From positions 87,364 through 151,363 of the forward strand of contig CAYQCW010000005.1 of assembly GCA_964416155.1 (NCBI GenBank): a stretch of 64,000 bases of DNA, in the 5' to 3' direction. The number at the start of each line of letters is the position of its first letter. The first letter of the stretch is position 1. The position numbers were made by a program, and so were the translations under genes. The notes under the pieces were generated by a model. It had not been told where the DNA came from. It saw only the letters and a program-made list of their open reading frames with translations, and ran no database searches. This DNA is from an uncultured Nitrososphaerota archaeon (GTDB lineage: Archaea; Thermoproteota; EX4484-205; JAAOZP01). This document shows positions 28,718 to 38,920 of this stretch, in pieces.

Positions 28718-30073
28718 CTAAACAGCGTTAAGTTTTGACCTCGCGTAATAAACCGCCCTGCCTATCAATTCAGTATTCTTACCCAGATAATTCTTAGGCG
28801 CGATGGTCTCCTTTAGCTCCTCGAAGCTGATGTACTTCGCAACCTCAGGGCTTTCCTCCAATACTTCAAGCAGGCTCCTATTCTCGGTAAACGCCTTCCT
28901 TGAGAGTCTTCTCATAAGCTCGTAAGCCCTCTTTCTCCCCATGCTTTTCCTGGCAAGCTTCATCATGACGGCTTCACTCATAATCCTGCCTTGGGTCATC
29001 GCTAGATTCCTAGCCATGTTCTCAGGGTAGACCCTCAGGTTGGTTAAAACATTCTGCATAGTCGTAAGCATCTCTTCGAGTATCAACACGGATAATGGGA
29101 TGATGAACCTCTCGCTGCTGGAGTTAGAGAGGTCTCTCTCATGCCAGAGCGGGATGTTTTCTAAGGCAGGCACTACGAGCCCCCTGAGAACCTTAGCCAA
29201 GCCGGATACTTTCTCACTGTCAACCGGGTTCTGTTTCTGGGGCATCGTGCTGCTTCCACGCTGCTCCTCGCCGAAGCCTTCTGCAGCCTCCATTATCTCC
29301 GTTCTCTGGAGGTTCCTTATTTCGACGGCAAGCCTGTCTAGGCTTGAGCCCAGCAGGGCCGCCCAGCAGACAAGCTCAGCCAGCCTGTCTCTGCAGACAA
29401 CCTGCGTCGCTATTTCAACCGGTTCTAAGCCCAGCTTACGCATAGTCTTCTCCTCTATAATTAGGGCCTTGGGTCCTAGTGCCGCCATGGTGCCCACCGC
29501 CCCGCCTATTTTCCCAACTAGGACTCTCTTAGAGAGTTGAAGCATCCTCTCGTAGCTCCTAGCCAGTTCAGCAGCATAAACGGCAAGCTTGAACCCTAAC
29601 GTTATGGGAACAGCGTGCTGACCATGCGTCCTGCCAGGCATGACTAGCTCAGCGTACTCCTCAGACTTTTCACAAAGCTTTTCTATGAGGCTTCCTAGCC
29701 TCCCCCTGATTATGTTTAAAGCATCTTTAAGCTGCAACGCTAGAGCCGTGTCAGTTATGTCGTTGCTCGTAACCGCCCAGTGGACGTACTCGCCATGTTC
29801 CCCGCACTCTTCTGAAAGAACCTCAACCATGGCTGCTATGTCGTGTCTAGTAACCCTCTCCCTCTCCTTAACCTTCTCTAACGTGACGATTTTCGAAGAA
29901 GCCCTGCTCCTTATGGTTGAAGCAGCCTCAACCGGTATCTCGCCCACCTCAGCCAGTGCTTCGGCCAGGGCTGCTTCCACGTTGAGCATAATCTGCAACC
30001 TGTTCTCCTCTTCGAAGATCCTCCTCATCTCCGGGGAGCCGTATCTACCTGTGTCAACAGGGCAAACAGGCAT
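28718..30073 (-). CDS. purB: Adenylosuccinate lyase
   Basis: TSND, GRTHGQHA, GSSTMPQKQNP, HERDLSNS. Confidence 0.96.
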   Translation of the reverse strand: MPVCPVDTGRYGSPEMRRIFEEENRLQIMLNVEAALAEALAEVGEIPVEAASTIRSRASSKIVTLEKVKERERVTRHDIAAMVEVLSEECGEHGEYVHWAVTSNDITDTALALQLKDALNIIRGRLGSLIEKLCEKSEEYAELVMPGRTHGQHAVPITLGFKLAVYAAELARSYERMLQLSKRVLVGKIGGAVGTMAALGPKALIIEEKTMRKLGLEPVEIATQVVCRDRLAELVCWAALLGSSLDRLAVEIRNLQRTEIMEAAEGFGEEQRGSSTMPQKQNPVDSEKVSGLAKVLRGLVVPALENIPLWHERDLSNSSSERFIIPLSVLILEEMLTTMQNVLTNLRVYPENMARNLAMTQGRIMSEAVMMKLARKSMGRKRAYELMRRLSRKAFTENRSLLEVLEESPEVAKYISFEELKETIAPKNYLGKNTELIGRAVYYARSKLNAV

Positions 30074-30190
30074 GCAACAACAACACTATGCAAGTCTAAT
30101 AAGCTTGTCGGAGGCTTAGAGCGTCAACGGGCTTATTCGCGTAAAACTTATATCCCCCGCCGGAAAATAGGTAAGAGGAGGTGATGTTTA

Positions 30191-31159
30191 ATGCAACTCT
30201 GGAAACTCAGATTGAACATGATTGCCACGATGATGGTAGTTATTGCTATAACCACTGGCTTCGTAGCCCTCATGCTTTTCATGATCGGCGTGGACCTGCT
30301 TATGCTTCTCCCAATCGTAATAGGGCTAAACCTGTTCCAATGGTTAATCGGCCCCTATATTATTGACGCTGCCTATCGGGTTAGACCGTTGAACCAGGGT
30401 GAGCTCCCATGGCTTGAAGAGAGCGTGAGAATTCTTGCTGAGAAAAGCGGCTTTAAGAATCCTCCGAAAATAATGGTTTCAGAAATACCGTTGCCAAATG
30501 CTTTCGCCTACGGCAGCCCGCTAACCGGCCCAAAGGTTGCTGTCACTAGGGGTCTGCTCAACAGTCTGAGCGCTTCCGAGGTTGAGGCTGTCCTGGGACA
30601 TGAACTCGGCCACCTTAAACACAGGGATGTGCAGATAATGATGTTCCTATCCGTGCTGCCGGCATTGGTTTACTGGGTTGCAATGTCACTCTACTATTCA
30701 GGTGTCTATTCTGGCTCAAGGAGGAACAGGGGGAACGGCGGGGTTCTCCTACTAATAGGAATTCTGGGCATGATGATATACTATGTTCTAACCCTACTCA
30801 TAATGGGCTTCAGTAGAAGCAGGGAGTACTACGCTGACTACCATGGCTCCACTGTCTCTCCAGGCGGGCCTCTGAGCCTCGCAAGCGCCCTAGTTAAAAT
30901 ATCCGACATGAACGCTAGAGCACCTAAGAATGCTAAGGCGTCGATGAACGGCTACTCCTCCTTTAGAGCCCTCCTTATAGCCGATCCTGAGTCGCAGGCT
31001 GGGGCTAGGGCTTTCAGGGGAATATATGATGTTCGCTCGCTAGAGGAGTTCGCCTCCAGAGAGGTCTCGGCCGCTGAGAGTCTGGTTGAAATCCTTAGTA
31101 CTCATCCTAATGTCGTTAAGAGGGTTAGAACACTGCTGGAGCTCCACAAGCAGCTTTAA
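30191..31159 (+). CDS. htpX: HtpX-family zinc metalloprotease
   Basis: PNAFAYG, HELGH, SRSREYYAD, STHP. Confidence 0.95.
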   Translation: MQLWKLRLNMIATMMVVIAITTGFVALMLFMIGVDLLMLLPIVIGLNLFQWLIGPYIIDAAYRVRPLNQGELPWLEESVRILAEKSGFKNPPKIMVSEIPLPNAFAYGSPLTGPKVAVTRGLLNSLSASEVEAVLGHELGHLKHRDVQIMMFLSVLPALVYWVAMSLYYSGVYSGSRRNRGNGGVLLLIGILGMMIYYVLTLLIMGFSRSREYYADYHGSTVSPGGPLSLASALVKISDMNARAPKNAKASMNGYSSFRALLIADPESQAGARAFRGIYDVRSLEEFASREVSAAESLVEILSTHPNVVKRVRTLLELHKQL

Positions 31160-31285
31160 GGAAGCGTAGAGGAATATTAATGTTTTTTAAGCCCTGCCTA
31201 ATGTTTTTGCAGTCAGGAATTGTAATCGAGCAATTTTTTAAAAAAAAAAGAAATTTTCCAAGCCCTAACAGGGCTGAAAACTTTT

Positions 31286-31320
31286 ATGAACTGTTTTCAA
31301 CCGAAATGAACTGTTTTTCA
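31286..31320 (+). repeat. Direct repeat ATGAACTGTTTT(T)CA x2, 20-bp period (candidate TF sites)
   Basis: 31286-31299 and 31306-31320, upstream of ORF 31385. Confidence 0.55.
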
Positions 31321-31384
31321 GGGATTTTAGAGAAAGAAACTGAAAAACGCTTAATAGAGGCCCTATTACCGCTATATCGGTGAA

Positions 31385-32014
31385 ATGAACGGGAGCAAGA
31401 GGCGGGTGAAATGCTGGAGAATAATGTTCGCATTAGCATTGGCAGTGTTTGCCATAACCTCGGTTTCAGCATTCGTATCAAGGGTTGCTGGCGACGAGGA
31501 TACTGGTGAGGATGAAACCCTACCGCCCTACTTAGGTAAAAGCCTGTCAGCACAAATACAGGACATCGTTCAACAGCATAAGGAGGCGCTTCTAGAAATC
31601 AGGCTTGAGAGGAAAATGATGCTGTTTCAAACATGGGAGGAGCGGCTTTCCGAGCTGGCTGATGAACAAGCCCGCGTAATGGAGACCGTTAGATTAATGG
31701 AGCAGGAGATGAGTAGGCTGGAGGAAAGGCTGAGAAACGGGGAAATAACTCAGGGAGAATTCATAATGGAGATGAACAGGTTGAGGCTTGAGATTAGAAC
31801 CCGGCTGAGGCAACTGGAGGGGGTGGAGAAGGAGGCTCTGAAAGCACTGCAGGAGAATATTCCTGAGGCTAATAAGGAGCTGGCTAAACGGATTGTAGAG
31901 GCAAATCAAGCTTTCAGAGACGCTAAGAAGGCTCTTCAAGAGGAGAAGAAGACTGAGATAAGGGCTAGGGTCGAGGAGCAGAAGCAGGCTAAAGGACGAG
32001 GCAAGAATAAATAG
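31385..32014 (+). CDS. Secreted/anchored coiled-coil protein
   Basis: Signal-like hydrophobic stretch followed by E/R/K/M-rich helices. Confidence 0.8.
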   Translation: MNGSKRRVKCWRIMFALALAVFAITSVSAFVSRVAGDEDTGEDETLPPYLGKSLSAQIQDIVQQHKEALLEIRLERKMMLFQTWEERLSELADEQARVMETVRLMEQEMSRLEERLRNGEITQGEFIMEMNRLRLEIRTRLRQLEGVEKEALKALQENIPEANKELAKRIVEANQAFRDAKKALQEEKKTEIRARVEEQKQAKGRGKNK

Positions 32015-32068
32015 AAAGTAAATAGTTATAAAGCAGCCTTTTAAATCTGTTTGTAAAAAGTAATCCGT

Positions 32069-33343
32069 TTGCAAACTTTTATACTTCTCTTAACGCTCAT
32101 TTTTCCACGTATGACGCTCCCGAAAGCCGGTGCAGGCACCCTACTTGCATTTCTCTTAGTCTGTCTTTCTGAATGGGTTCCGCGGGCCTGGGGAGGGTTC
32201 GAGTTTCAAACAACATACAGGATAATACTGCACAAGGATTCTTCAGCAACATGGGTTGTTGAACTCTCCACTACGCTGGATTCCCAAGAAGACTTAGATA
32301 GTTTCAAACTGTTCAAGGACAGTGCTGACGAGAACGCTATTCTCTCAGGCTTTAAATCAACAATAAGCAGCATCGTTAGCAGAGCAGCATCCTTAACGGG
32401 GAGAACCATGGCTGCAGAGAACTTCAGCCTCAAGATTGATGTGACGGGAATATTGAAGCAGCTGGGGGTTATCCAGTACAGGTTTAAATGGGCTAACTTC
32501 AGCCTTAAAACTTCAGACAGGATTGAGGTTGGAGACATTTTTGAAGGAGGATTCTACCTTTTCACTGATGAGACACTTGAGATAGACTACTCAGAGCTGG
32601 ACCGGGAGTATTTCCTGAAGCTTGCAAGCCCAAGAGCGTCGCGCGAAGACTTTTTAAGAGTAGTCTGGATAGGCAGGATGGACTTCGCAGACGGAGAGCC
32701 AAGGCTCGTTTTTGAAAGCAGGATTATAAGGGTTGAGGAATTCTCTCCAAATAGCACTCGGCTTAAGAAAGGCTCTCTGCTAAGCGTTCAGGGAAGGATA
32801 AACCCGCCAACCCTCGGCCTAACACTCCGGGTTGTCTACCTGAACCCTCATGGGTTTGAAACAGTTAGGGAAGTGGCTGTGGGGAACAACGGGGTTTTCT
32901 CAGACGCGTTAAACATGAATCTGGCTGGGGACTGGAGGGTTTCGCTGCGCCTACCTTCTGATTCCCCGTACAGGTTCAGCCAAAATCCTCAGCCGCTTCA
33001 AATCTCGGTTTACGAGGAGAGCGGGGGCGAGACCCAGGCTGAGAGCCTGCCTCCAATACTCTATCTGGCTCTGCTGGCTCCGCCGGTGGTGCTCCTAGTC
33101 ATAATACTGTTCCGCCGTTCGCATGGAAGAAGGCTGCGGCCTCCGGATATGCAGATGCTTTCAGACGAGGATCTCGTGATAAAGCTTCTCAGGGAGGCTG
33201 GCGGGAGGCTTACGCAGTCCCAGATTAAGGATGCTGCCAAGTTTTCAAAGTCTAAGACCTCCATAGTTTTAAACGAGCTTCAGAGGAAAGGGTTGATAAG
33301 GAAAATCAAGCGTGGCAGAGAATACATAGTTGAACTTGTTTAA
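32069..33343 (+). CDS. Membrane-spanning regulator: extracellular domains, TM, cytoplasmic wHTH
   Basis: C-terminal GGRLTQSQI....FSKSKTSIVLNELQRKGLIRKIKRGRE; TM just before it. Confidence 0.85.
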   Translation: MQTFILLLTLIFPRMTLPKAGAGTLLAFLLVCLSEWVPRAWGGFEFQTTYRIILHKDSSATWVVELSTTLDSQEDLDSFKLFKDSADENAILSGFKSTISSIVSRAASLTGRTMAAENFSLKIDVTGILKQLGVIQYRFKWANFSLKTSDRIEVGDIFEGGFYLFTDETLEIDYSELDREYFLKLASPRASREDFLRVVWIGRMDFADGEPRLVFESRIIRVEEFSPNSTRLKKGSLLSVQGRINPPTLGLTLRVVYLNPHGFETVREVAVGNNGVFSDALNMNLAGDWRVSLRLPSDSPYRFSQNPQPLQISVYEESGGETQAESLPPILYLALLAPPVVLLVIILFRRSHGRRLRPPDMQMLSDEDLVIKLLREAGGRLTQSQIKDAAKFSKSKTSIVLNELQRKGLIRKIKRGREYIVELV

Positions 33344-33431
33344 AACTTACCATAACCGGGTATGAAATTCTCTCCCGCTGGTTTTCAGGCTAGATCGCAG
33401 GGTTAGCGACCATAGCGTTTCAATCCCACTC

Positions 33432-34073
33432 CTATTTCAATATTCTGCCTGTAGCCATGTACCAAAGATAAAGGTCGAGCTCCGCCAGCGTCATGTTCAG
33501 TTCCCCAGCTATTTTCGAAAGAATCTTCTCAATCTCCAGATACCTGGCTCTGGAAACGGTTTTAGGAATGCTCTCTATATAGCCATACTTATAGAGAACC
33601 CTTAGGACATGCTTGTCTATTATGGCAAGGTTCTTAAACCCTATGTTTCTCAAGAAGTGGCTCGCCTCCTTGAAGCCTATCCCGAGCAAGTTGTCTGCAA
33701 GCCATCTTCTCACCCTAGCAGGATCATCATCCTCGTTTATAATTTTCAAAACTTCTTCGCAACGTTTCCTAGCCTCAACTATGTATTTAGCCCTAGTATT
33801 GGGATACCTGTAGCCTAGGCTCTTAAGCCTCCTGCTCAGCACACTCCTGCTAAGCTTCAAGAAGCCTTCCCCAATTTCCTCCTGAACCCTAAGCCCTCCC
33901 CCTGCGGAAAAGTTGGCTGTTAGAATGCAGAAGCAAAGCTCGCTGAAAACCTTCTCCTTGCTGGCTCTCGCCTCCTCAAATTGTCTAAGCCTCTTCAAAA
34001 CTGTTCCCCTAACCTTCCCGTCTGAAACAATCTTTTCCAAGTCTCTAAGAAGCCTCGTGCGCCTCACTGCCAC
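33432..34073 (-). CDS. ogg: 8-oxoguanine DNA glycosylase/AP lyase
   Basis: ELCFCILTAN, GIGFKEASHFLRN, IIDKHV, LDLYLWY. Confidence 0.93.
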   Translation of the reverse strand: MAVRRTRLLRDLEKIVSDGKVRGTVLKRLRQFEEARASKEKVFSELCFCILTANFSAGGGLRVQEEIGEGFLKLSRSVLSRRLKSLGYRYPNTRAKYIVEARKRCEEVLKIINEDDDPARVRRWLADNLLGIGFKEASHFLRNIGFKNLAIIDKHVLRVLYKYGYIESIPKTVSRARYLEIEKILSKIAGELNMTLAELDLYLWYMATGRILK

Positions 34074-34085
34074 CGCTTACGCCTA

Positions 34086-34218
34086 CCGGAGAATATTCTT
34101 ATAAGGCTTCTTCAAACAGTACTTCAAGATGGATGAGTGGTTTAAGGCGGTGAAGCGTCTTCTACCCAGGGTCGTAACCAGCGTCGAAATAGCTGCCATA
34201 GAGAAGAAATTATTCTGA
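34086..34218 (+). pseudogene. Truncated diverged duplicate of the nnr promoter and 5' end
   Basis: MDEWFKAVKRLLPRVVTS (ATG 34129) vs MEDWLKTVKQLLPRVVTS (35708); upstream DNA is also similar. Confidence 0.85.
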
Positions 34219-35660
34219 CGGTTTCCTCTCGAACCTCGCGCGTTTCCCGAAGCCCATCCTCTCAAAGAACTTCTTCATGGCCTTAATATCCTTTCGCATC
34301 TTGTAGGCTAGGACGAGGGCCTCGACCCTCTTCTTTATTTCCTCCAATTTCAGGTCGTCCATCGTATCCCTCGTATCGAAGACTGAGCAGAAACGGGTAT
34401 ACTCCTCCGGAGACATGTCCGCGGGAAAGATATGGACTACCTGGATGCCCGTTTTTTGGCCGATAGTCTTCGCAATCTCGTCACCTCAACGAAACAGGGC
34501 TATGAGCCTCCCGTATGTGTCCTAATATCTCTTCCAGTTGCTCCTGTCCTTCAACTCCCTAATCGTCTTATCCAAGAGCTCGTAATCCGTAATGCCATAA
34601 CCCTCGGTCAGGGCATAGCAGGGGGATTCGACACTACCCGACTCAACCCATATCTTGCCATCCACGTCCTCCTCGACGAACGACAGCCGAGGGAGGTCGG
34701 CGTGTGCACTGCACGCGCTAGGGCTTTTCTCTCTAGAGAAGACCAACCAACATCGCCCTTGTACACTTCGAAAGGGCTGTGTGCCTCGTCCTTGAAGCGT
34801 TCCTCTAAGTATTCCTTGACTCTCATGAGGAAGCCGGGGCTTTCCATCATTCTTCGTGTCACTCGAATCATATAAGTCTTACTCATTCCTCTTCCCTCTA
34901 GTGATGAACGAGCTCGGCACATATTTGATTCCGAGCTCCTTAATGCCCTTGCCGGTGGCGAGCGTTTTGGAATCAAAATGACAAGCAACAGCGAACCCAT
35001 GCTCGACCTTACTGTACTCTCCATGTCCGTATTCTTCAGAGAAGTACTTATTAACGAGTTCCTCTCCGCTATTTTCATCCGCATGTCAAACCTTTCAGAT
35101 ACGATCTTCTTTTGACCTCGATTATCGCGATGACCCTCTTCGACGTTTCACACACCAATCGGGACCCTTTTTATTTAGATCTTCGGATTCGAGCTGGCCG
35201 CGCGCGCTCCTCTTCGACCCTCTTTACATTCTCGCTATCGATTCTGAAGATCGATACTAAAACACCTTCCATCCCAAAGTCCTTCCTCGGCTTCACAGGG
35301 TCCTCGAGCGGTATCTCAGGGATTAAGCGGGGGAGCGCGATATCAGGGGGGCTCCGGTTCCATGACTCCAGCATCAGGCTCAGCTTGAGGTACGCATCCG
35401 CCTCGGGAAGGGGTGAACCTGCCGGATTTGACGCAGGCCGGGGCGAGTGGGCAGGTCCTGCACCTCAAGGTTACTCCCATGATCCTTATCCTTTCCACGA
35501 CGCACTTGTAAACCAAGCATAGGTTCCTCCTCGGAAGGCTGCACCCGCCGTACAGCCCGAGTTTAAGGTAATCGCACTTGTGGCATGACTTTCTGCACCT
35601 TAAAGGACCATGCGTAACATGCATTCTTCTCAAATTTTGCGTCCTTTCCTTTAAAAGTTA
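34210..35660 (-). mobile_element. Decayed cassette copy B: Cys-rich gene start / PD-(D/E)XK fragment / about 220-aa immunity-like pseudogene
   Basis: RCRKSCHKC..GGC..CLVYKC..CRTC; KGPD..KRVIAIIEVK; LDKTIRELKDRSNWKRY*..EEIKKRVEALVLAYK; lies between the two nnr starts. Confidence 0.6.
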
Positions 35661-35707
35661 AGGCCCGGAAATATCCTTATAGGGCTCCTCCGGATATTAC
35701 CCCAGAG

Positions 35708-37249
35708 ATGGAGGACTGGCTTAAGACAGTAAAGCAACTCTTGCCGAGAGTCGTGACGAGTGCCTACATGGCTATTCTCGAGGAGAACGCTGAAGCCCTG
35801 GGTTTCAGTAGGCTGTGCATGATGGAGAACGCTGGCTCAGCTACCGCACGTTTCATATCGTCGAAGACTGATGTCAGGGGTAAAACTTTCCTATTCCTGT
35901 GCGGAACGGGGAATAACGGTGGCGACGGGTTTGTGGCGGCTAGGCACCTTAGGAACGCGGGTGCCAGAATAGTGACGGTTCTCGTAGGCAGGCCTAGTGA
36001 AATAAGGAGTGAGGAGGCTAGGGTAAACTGGCTCCTCCTGCTTCACATGGATGATGTTGAGAAATTCTTCGTCGCAGACTCCTCCGAGACATGGGTTGTT
36101 AAGGGGCTCTTGGCGAAATGCGACTTCATAGTGGACGCTATGCTTGGCACAGGTATTAAAGGCGTTTTAAAGGAGCCTTTTGCCTCAATAGTTAGCGAGG
36201 TTAACTCCTCGGGCAAAACGGTTTTCGCTGTCGATGTTCCAACGGGGCTTGGCTCTGAGACCATTGAAAAGACTCTGACTGTTAAAGCATCCTACACTCT
36301 GACTTTCCACAAGCCTAAGGATTTTCTGGAGAACTCTCCCTACGCGGGGGAGGTTGAAGTGGCTGACATAGGCATACCTCTTGAGGCTGAGCTCTACACT
36401 GGGCCGGGCGACGTCAGGAGGGTTGTGAAAACTAGGAGGAGAGACTCGCACAAGGGTGACTATGGCTATGTTCTCGTAGTAGGCGGGAGTGAAACCTTCT
36501 CAGGAGCACCCGCTTTAGCAGCATTGTCAGCACTAAGAGTTGGGGCTGGCCTAGCGATAGTAGCTACTCCTAAGCCGGTTGCAGCCTCGGTTAGGGCAAT
36601 GTCTCCGGACCTCGTGGTTTACGCCACGCCGGGGGAGCATCTTAACGCGGAGGCAATACCCCTTGTCTCCAAGCTTATGGATAAGGCTGACTCCATAGTG
36701 TTGGGCCCGGGCCTAGGGCTCCACGAGGAGACTGTTGAAGCAGTCAGGATGATCGTTAACGAGGCTAGGAGCAGGCTTCTGCCGGTTATAGTTGACGCAG
36801 ACGGTTTCAAAGCATTCAAAGCCTTTCCAAGCCTGCTGAAGGGTGTTGTGGCTACGCCCCACCGCTGGGAGTTTAAACAGGTTTTCGAAGCTGAGCTTGA
36901 AGCCAGATGGTTTAAGAACGCGAGCATGCTCGTCGAGCTCTCTAGAAAACACGGTTTCACATTACTGCTCAAAGGATTTGAAACAGTCATTACCGACGGC
37001 TTAAACCTTAAGGTGAATAAGCATGCCACACCCGGTTTGGCGGTCGGCGGCACGGGGGACGTGCTTTCAGGCATAATCGCAGCCTTCCTAGCCTGGGGTA
37101 ACAACGGGTTCAACTCGGCTGCTGCAGCAGCATATGTTCATGGGGAGGCTGGCTTAAAGGCTGTTGAGGAGAAGGGCTTCCACATAACTGCTTCAGACCT
37201 TGTTGAGAAACTACCGGGTGTGTTAAAGAAGTTTGATAGGGAAGAGTAG
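35708..37249 (+). CDS. nnr: Bifunctional NAD(P)HX epimerase/dehydratase
   Basis: MENAG, GNNGGDG, DAMLGTG, HKGDYG, GPGLG, DADG, GGTGDVLSG. Confidence 0.96.
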   Translation: MEDWLKTVKQLLPRVVTSAYMAILEENAEALGFSRLCMMENAGSATARFISSKTDVRGKTFLFLCGTGNNGGDGFVAARHLRNAGARIVTVLVGRPSEIRSEEARVNWLLLLHMDDVEKFFVADSSETWVVKGLLAKCDFIVDAMLGTGIKGVLKEPFASIVSEVNSSGKTVFAVDVPTGLGSETIEKTLTVKASYTLTFHKPKDFLENSPYAGEVEVADIGIPLEAELYTGPGDVRRVVKTRRRDSHKGDYGYVLVVGGSETFSGAPALAALSALRVGAGLAIVATPKPVAASVRAMSPDLVVYATPGEHLNAEAIPLVSKLMDKADSIVLGPGLGLHEETVEAVRMIVNEARSRLLPVIVDADGFKAFKAFPSLLKGVVATPHRWEFKQVFEAELEARWFKNASMLVELSRKHGFTLLLKGFETVITDGLNLKVNKHATPGLAVGGTGDVLSGIIAAFLAWGNNGFNSAAAAAYVHGEAGLKAVEEKGFHITASDLVEKLPGVLKKFDREE

Positions 37250-37289
37250 ATGGGCAAGTGGAAGGAATGGCAGATAAGGAGACTATCCC

Positions 37290-37772
37290 GCTGCTTTCCT
37301 CTTAGACCCCGTGTGCTTCCTCCTCCGCCTCCTGAAGCCCATCCTTTCCAAGAACTTCCTCTCGGCCTTCACGTCCTCCCGCATTTATAGGCCAAGACGA
37401 GGACCTCAACTCTCTTCTTTATTTCCTCTTTTTTGATCGTCGCTCACGCCCTTCGCATCAAAGACCGAGCGAAGTAAGTGCATTCCTCTGGCGGCATGTT
37501 CGGAGGAAAGTATGGATTGCTTCAACCCCCGTTTTTCACCGACTATCCTCGCGATCTCGTCGCCCCAGCTGAACAGGGCTATGAGCTCCCCGTACGTGGC
37601 CTCGTACTTCTTCCAGTTGCTCCCGTCCTTCAGATCCTTAATCGTCTTATCTAGCGCGGGTTTCGACAAGGAGGAGCAGTAAACAGCACGTGCCTTGATC
37701 CTCTTGCCTACAATCTCCGCACTACTCATGAAGTCAAGCTTTTAAGCGTAGCCCCTTTAGTTTTAAGGCATG
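37290..37772 (-). pseudogene. Decayed cassette copy C (paralog of the terminal gene of copy B)
   Basis: LDKTIKDLKDGSNWKKYEATYGELIALFSWGDEIARIVG..SVFD..EVLVLAYK..KFLERMGF. Confidence 0.8.
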
Positions 37773-37816
37773 ATTAAAACAAGGCCTCGGGCAACATCGC
37801 GCGTGATGGTTGGGAC

Positions 37817-38542
37817 ATGAGGAAGAAAGTCTACGAGCAGCTGTTCGTGGGGACAAGTGGATGGGTCTATAGCTGGAATAGGGGTCAATCGCTAGACTGG
37901 TACATTAGAGAAAGCGGCCTGAATAGTGTCGAGCTTAACGCAAGCTTCTACAGGTTCCCGTTTGGAAGCCAGGTTTACTCGTGGTCCAGGAAGACTCCCC
38001 GTGGCTTCAGATGGGTGGTGAAGGTCAACCGTATGGTTACTCACGTTTACCGTATGGGCTTCAAGGCGGTTAGCGTTTTCAACAGGTTCGCCAGCCTTTT
38101 CAAACCATTAGAGGGGAGCATAGACTACTATCTTTTTCAACTCCCCCCGTTTGTCGAGCCTAGCCAGAACATCGTCAGGAACATTGAAAGGTTTTTCGCT
38201 AAGACCGGGGTCGCGGAGAAGGCTGCGGTAGAATGGCGGAACAGTAAGTGGTTCAGCGGGGAATGGGAGGAGTGGGCCAGCAGCAGGGGTCTCACAATAG
38301 TCTCCTTGGACTCGCCGGACCTGCCTAGGCATGTCTTCAACACTACAGGCACGGTTTATCTTAGGATGCACGGCCGTTCATCTTGGTATTCTCATAATTA
38401 CACGTTTGAGGAGTTGGAAGAGGTTGTACGCAACTTGCTTGTCACAAAGCCTAAGAGAATATTTATATTTCTGAATAATAATCACTACATGTTGAACAAT
38501 GCCCGCATGATCCTGAAAATGCTAAAGGAGGCCGAGGCATAA
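37817..38542 (+). CDS. DUF72 family protein
   Basis: VGTSGW, VELNASFY, LFQLPP, EWRN..W, YLRMHG, FLNN. Confidence 0.93.
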   Translation: MRKKVYEQLFVGTSGWVYSWNRGQSLDWYIRESGLNSVELNASFYRFPFGSQVYSWSRKTPRGFRWVVKVNRMVTHVYRMGFKAVSVFNRFASLFKPLEGSIDYYLFQLPPFVEPSQNIVRNIERFFAKTGVAEKAAVEWRNSKWFSGEWEEWASSRGLTIVSLDSPDLPRHVFNTTGTVYLRMHGRSSWYSHNYTFEELEEVVRNLLVTKPKRIFIFLNNNHYMLNNARMILKMLKEAEA

Positions 38543-38870
38543 GAATAGATCCGTTCCAGGAAATAGACGAGAAGGCGGGGGCTCAAAGGAGTTTATAGCC
38601 TCGGTGGGATCTTCAACAATGCGATAATAATCCCAAGCTGGACGGCCTGGCGGTCCTCGTACTAGCGTCGACGGTGGAGAGTTCATTAGGGTGCTAAGGG
38701 GAGCAGGGGCGGGCATCGCGCTATAACCCGAAAAGCCGATCGAGCCACTCAAAATCGAACATCCGACCTGCAACCCCTCTCCTTCGAGGATCTCGAACAG
38801 TTCCCGCATCCTTTCTCTTGAAAAACCTCTCAACATGTTTTTAGTCGGGCTCTTGCAAGGGGATCGCATC

Positions 38871-38918
38871 ATGGGAAAGAAAGCCTGCGAGCAGCTGTTT
38901 GTGAGAACTTCGGGCTGA
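38871..38918 (+). pseudogene. Truncated diverged duplicate of the DUF72 gene start
   Basis: MGKKACEQLFVRTSG* vs MRKKVYEQLFVGTSGW. Confidence 0.75.
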
Positions 38919-38920
38919 AG

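Noticed and set aside
34450-34530. In-frame TAG/TGA in the cassette B gene as recoding (Pyl/Sec)
   Set aside because: Paralog C has Glu and Trp at these positions, and frameshifts are also present, so this is ordinary decay
34432-35522. Plus-strand ORFs 34432-34875 and 35112-35522
   Set aside because: Antisense shadows of the minus-strand cassette B pseudogenes
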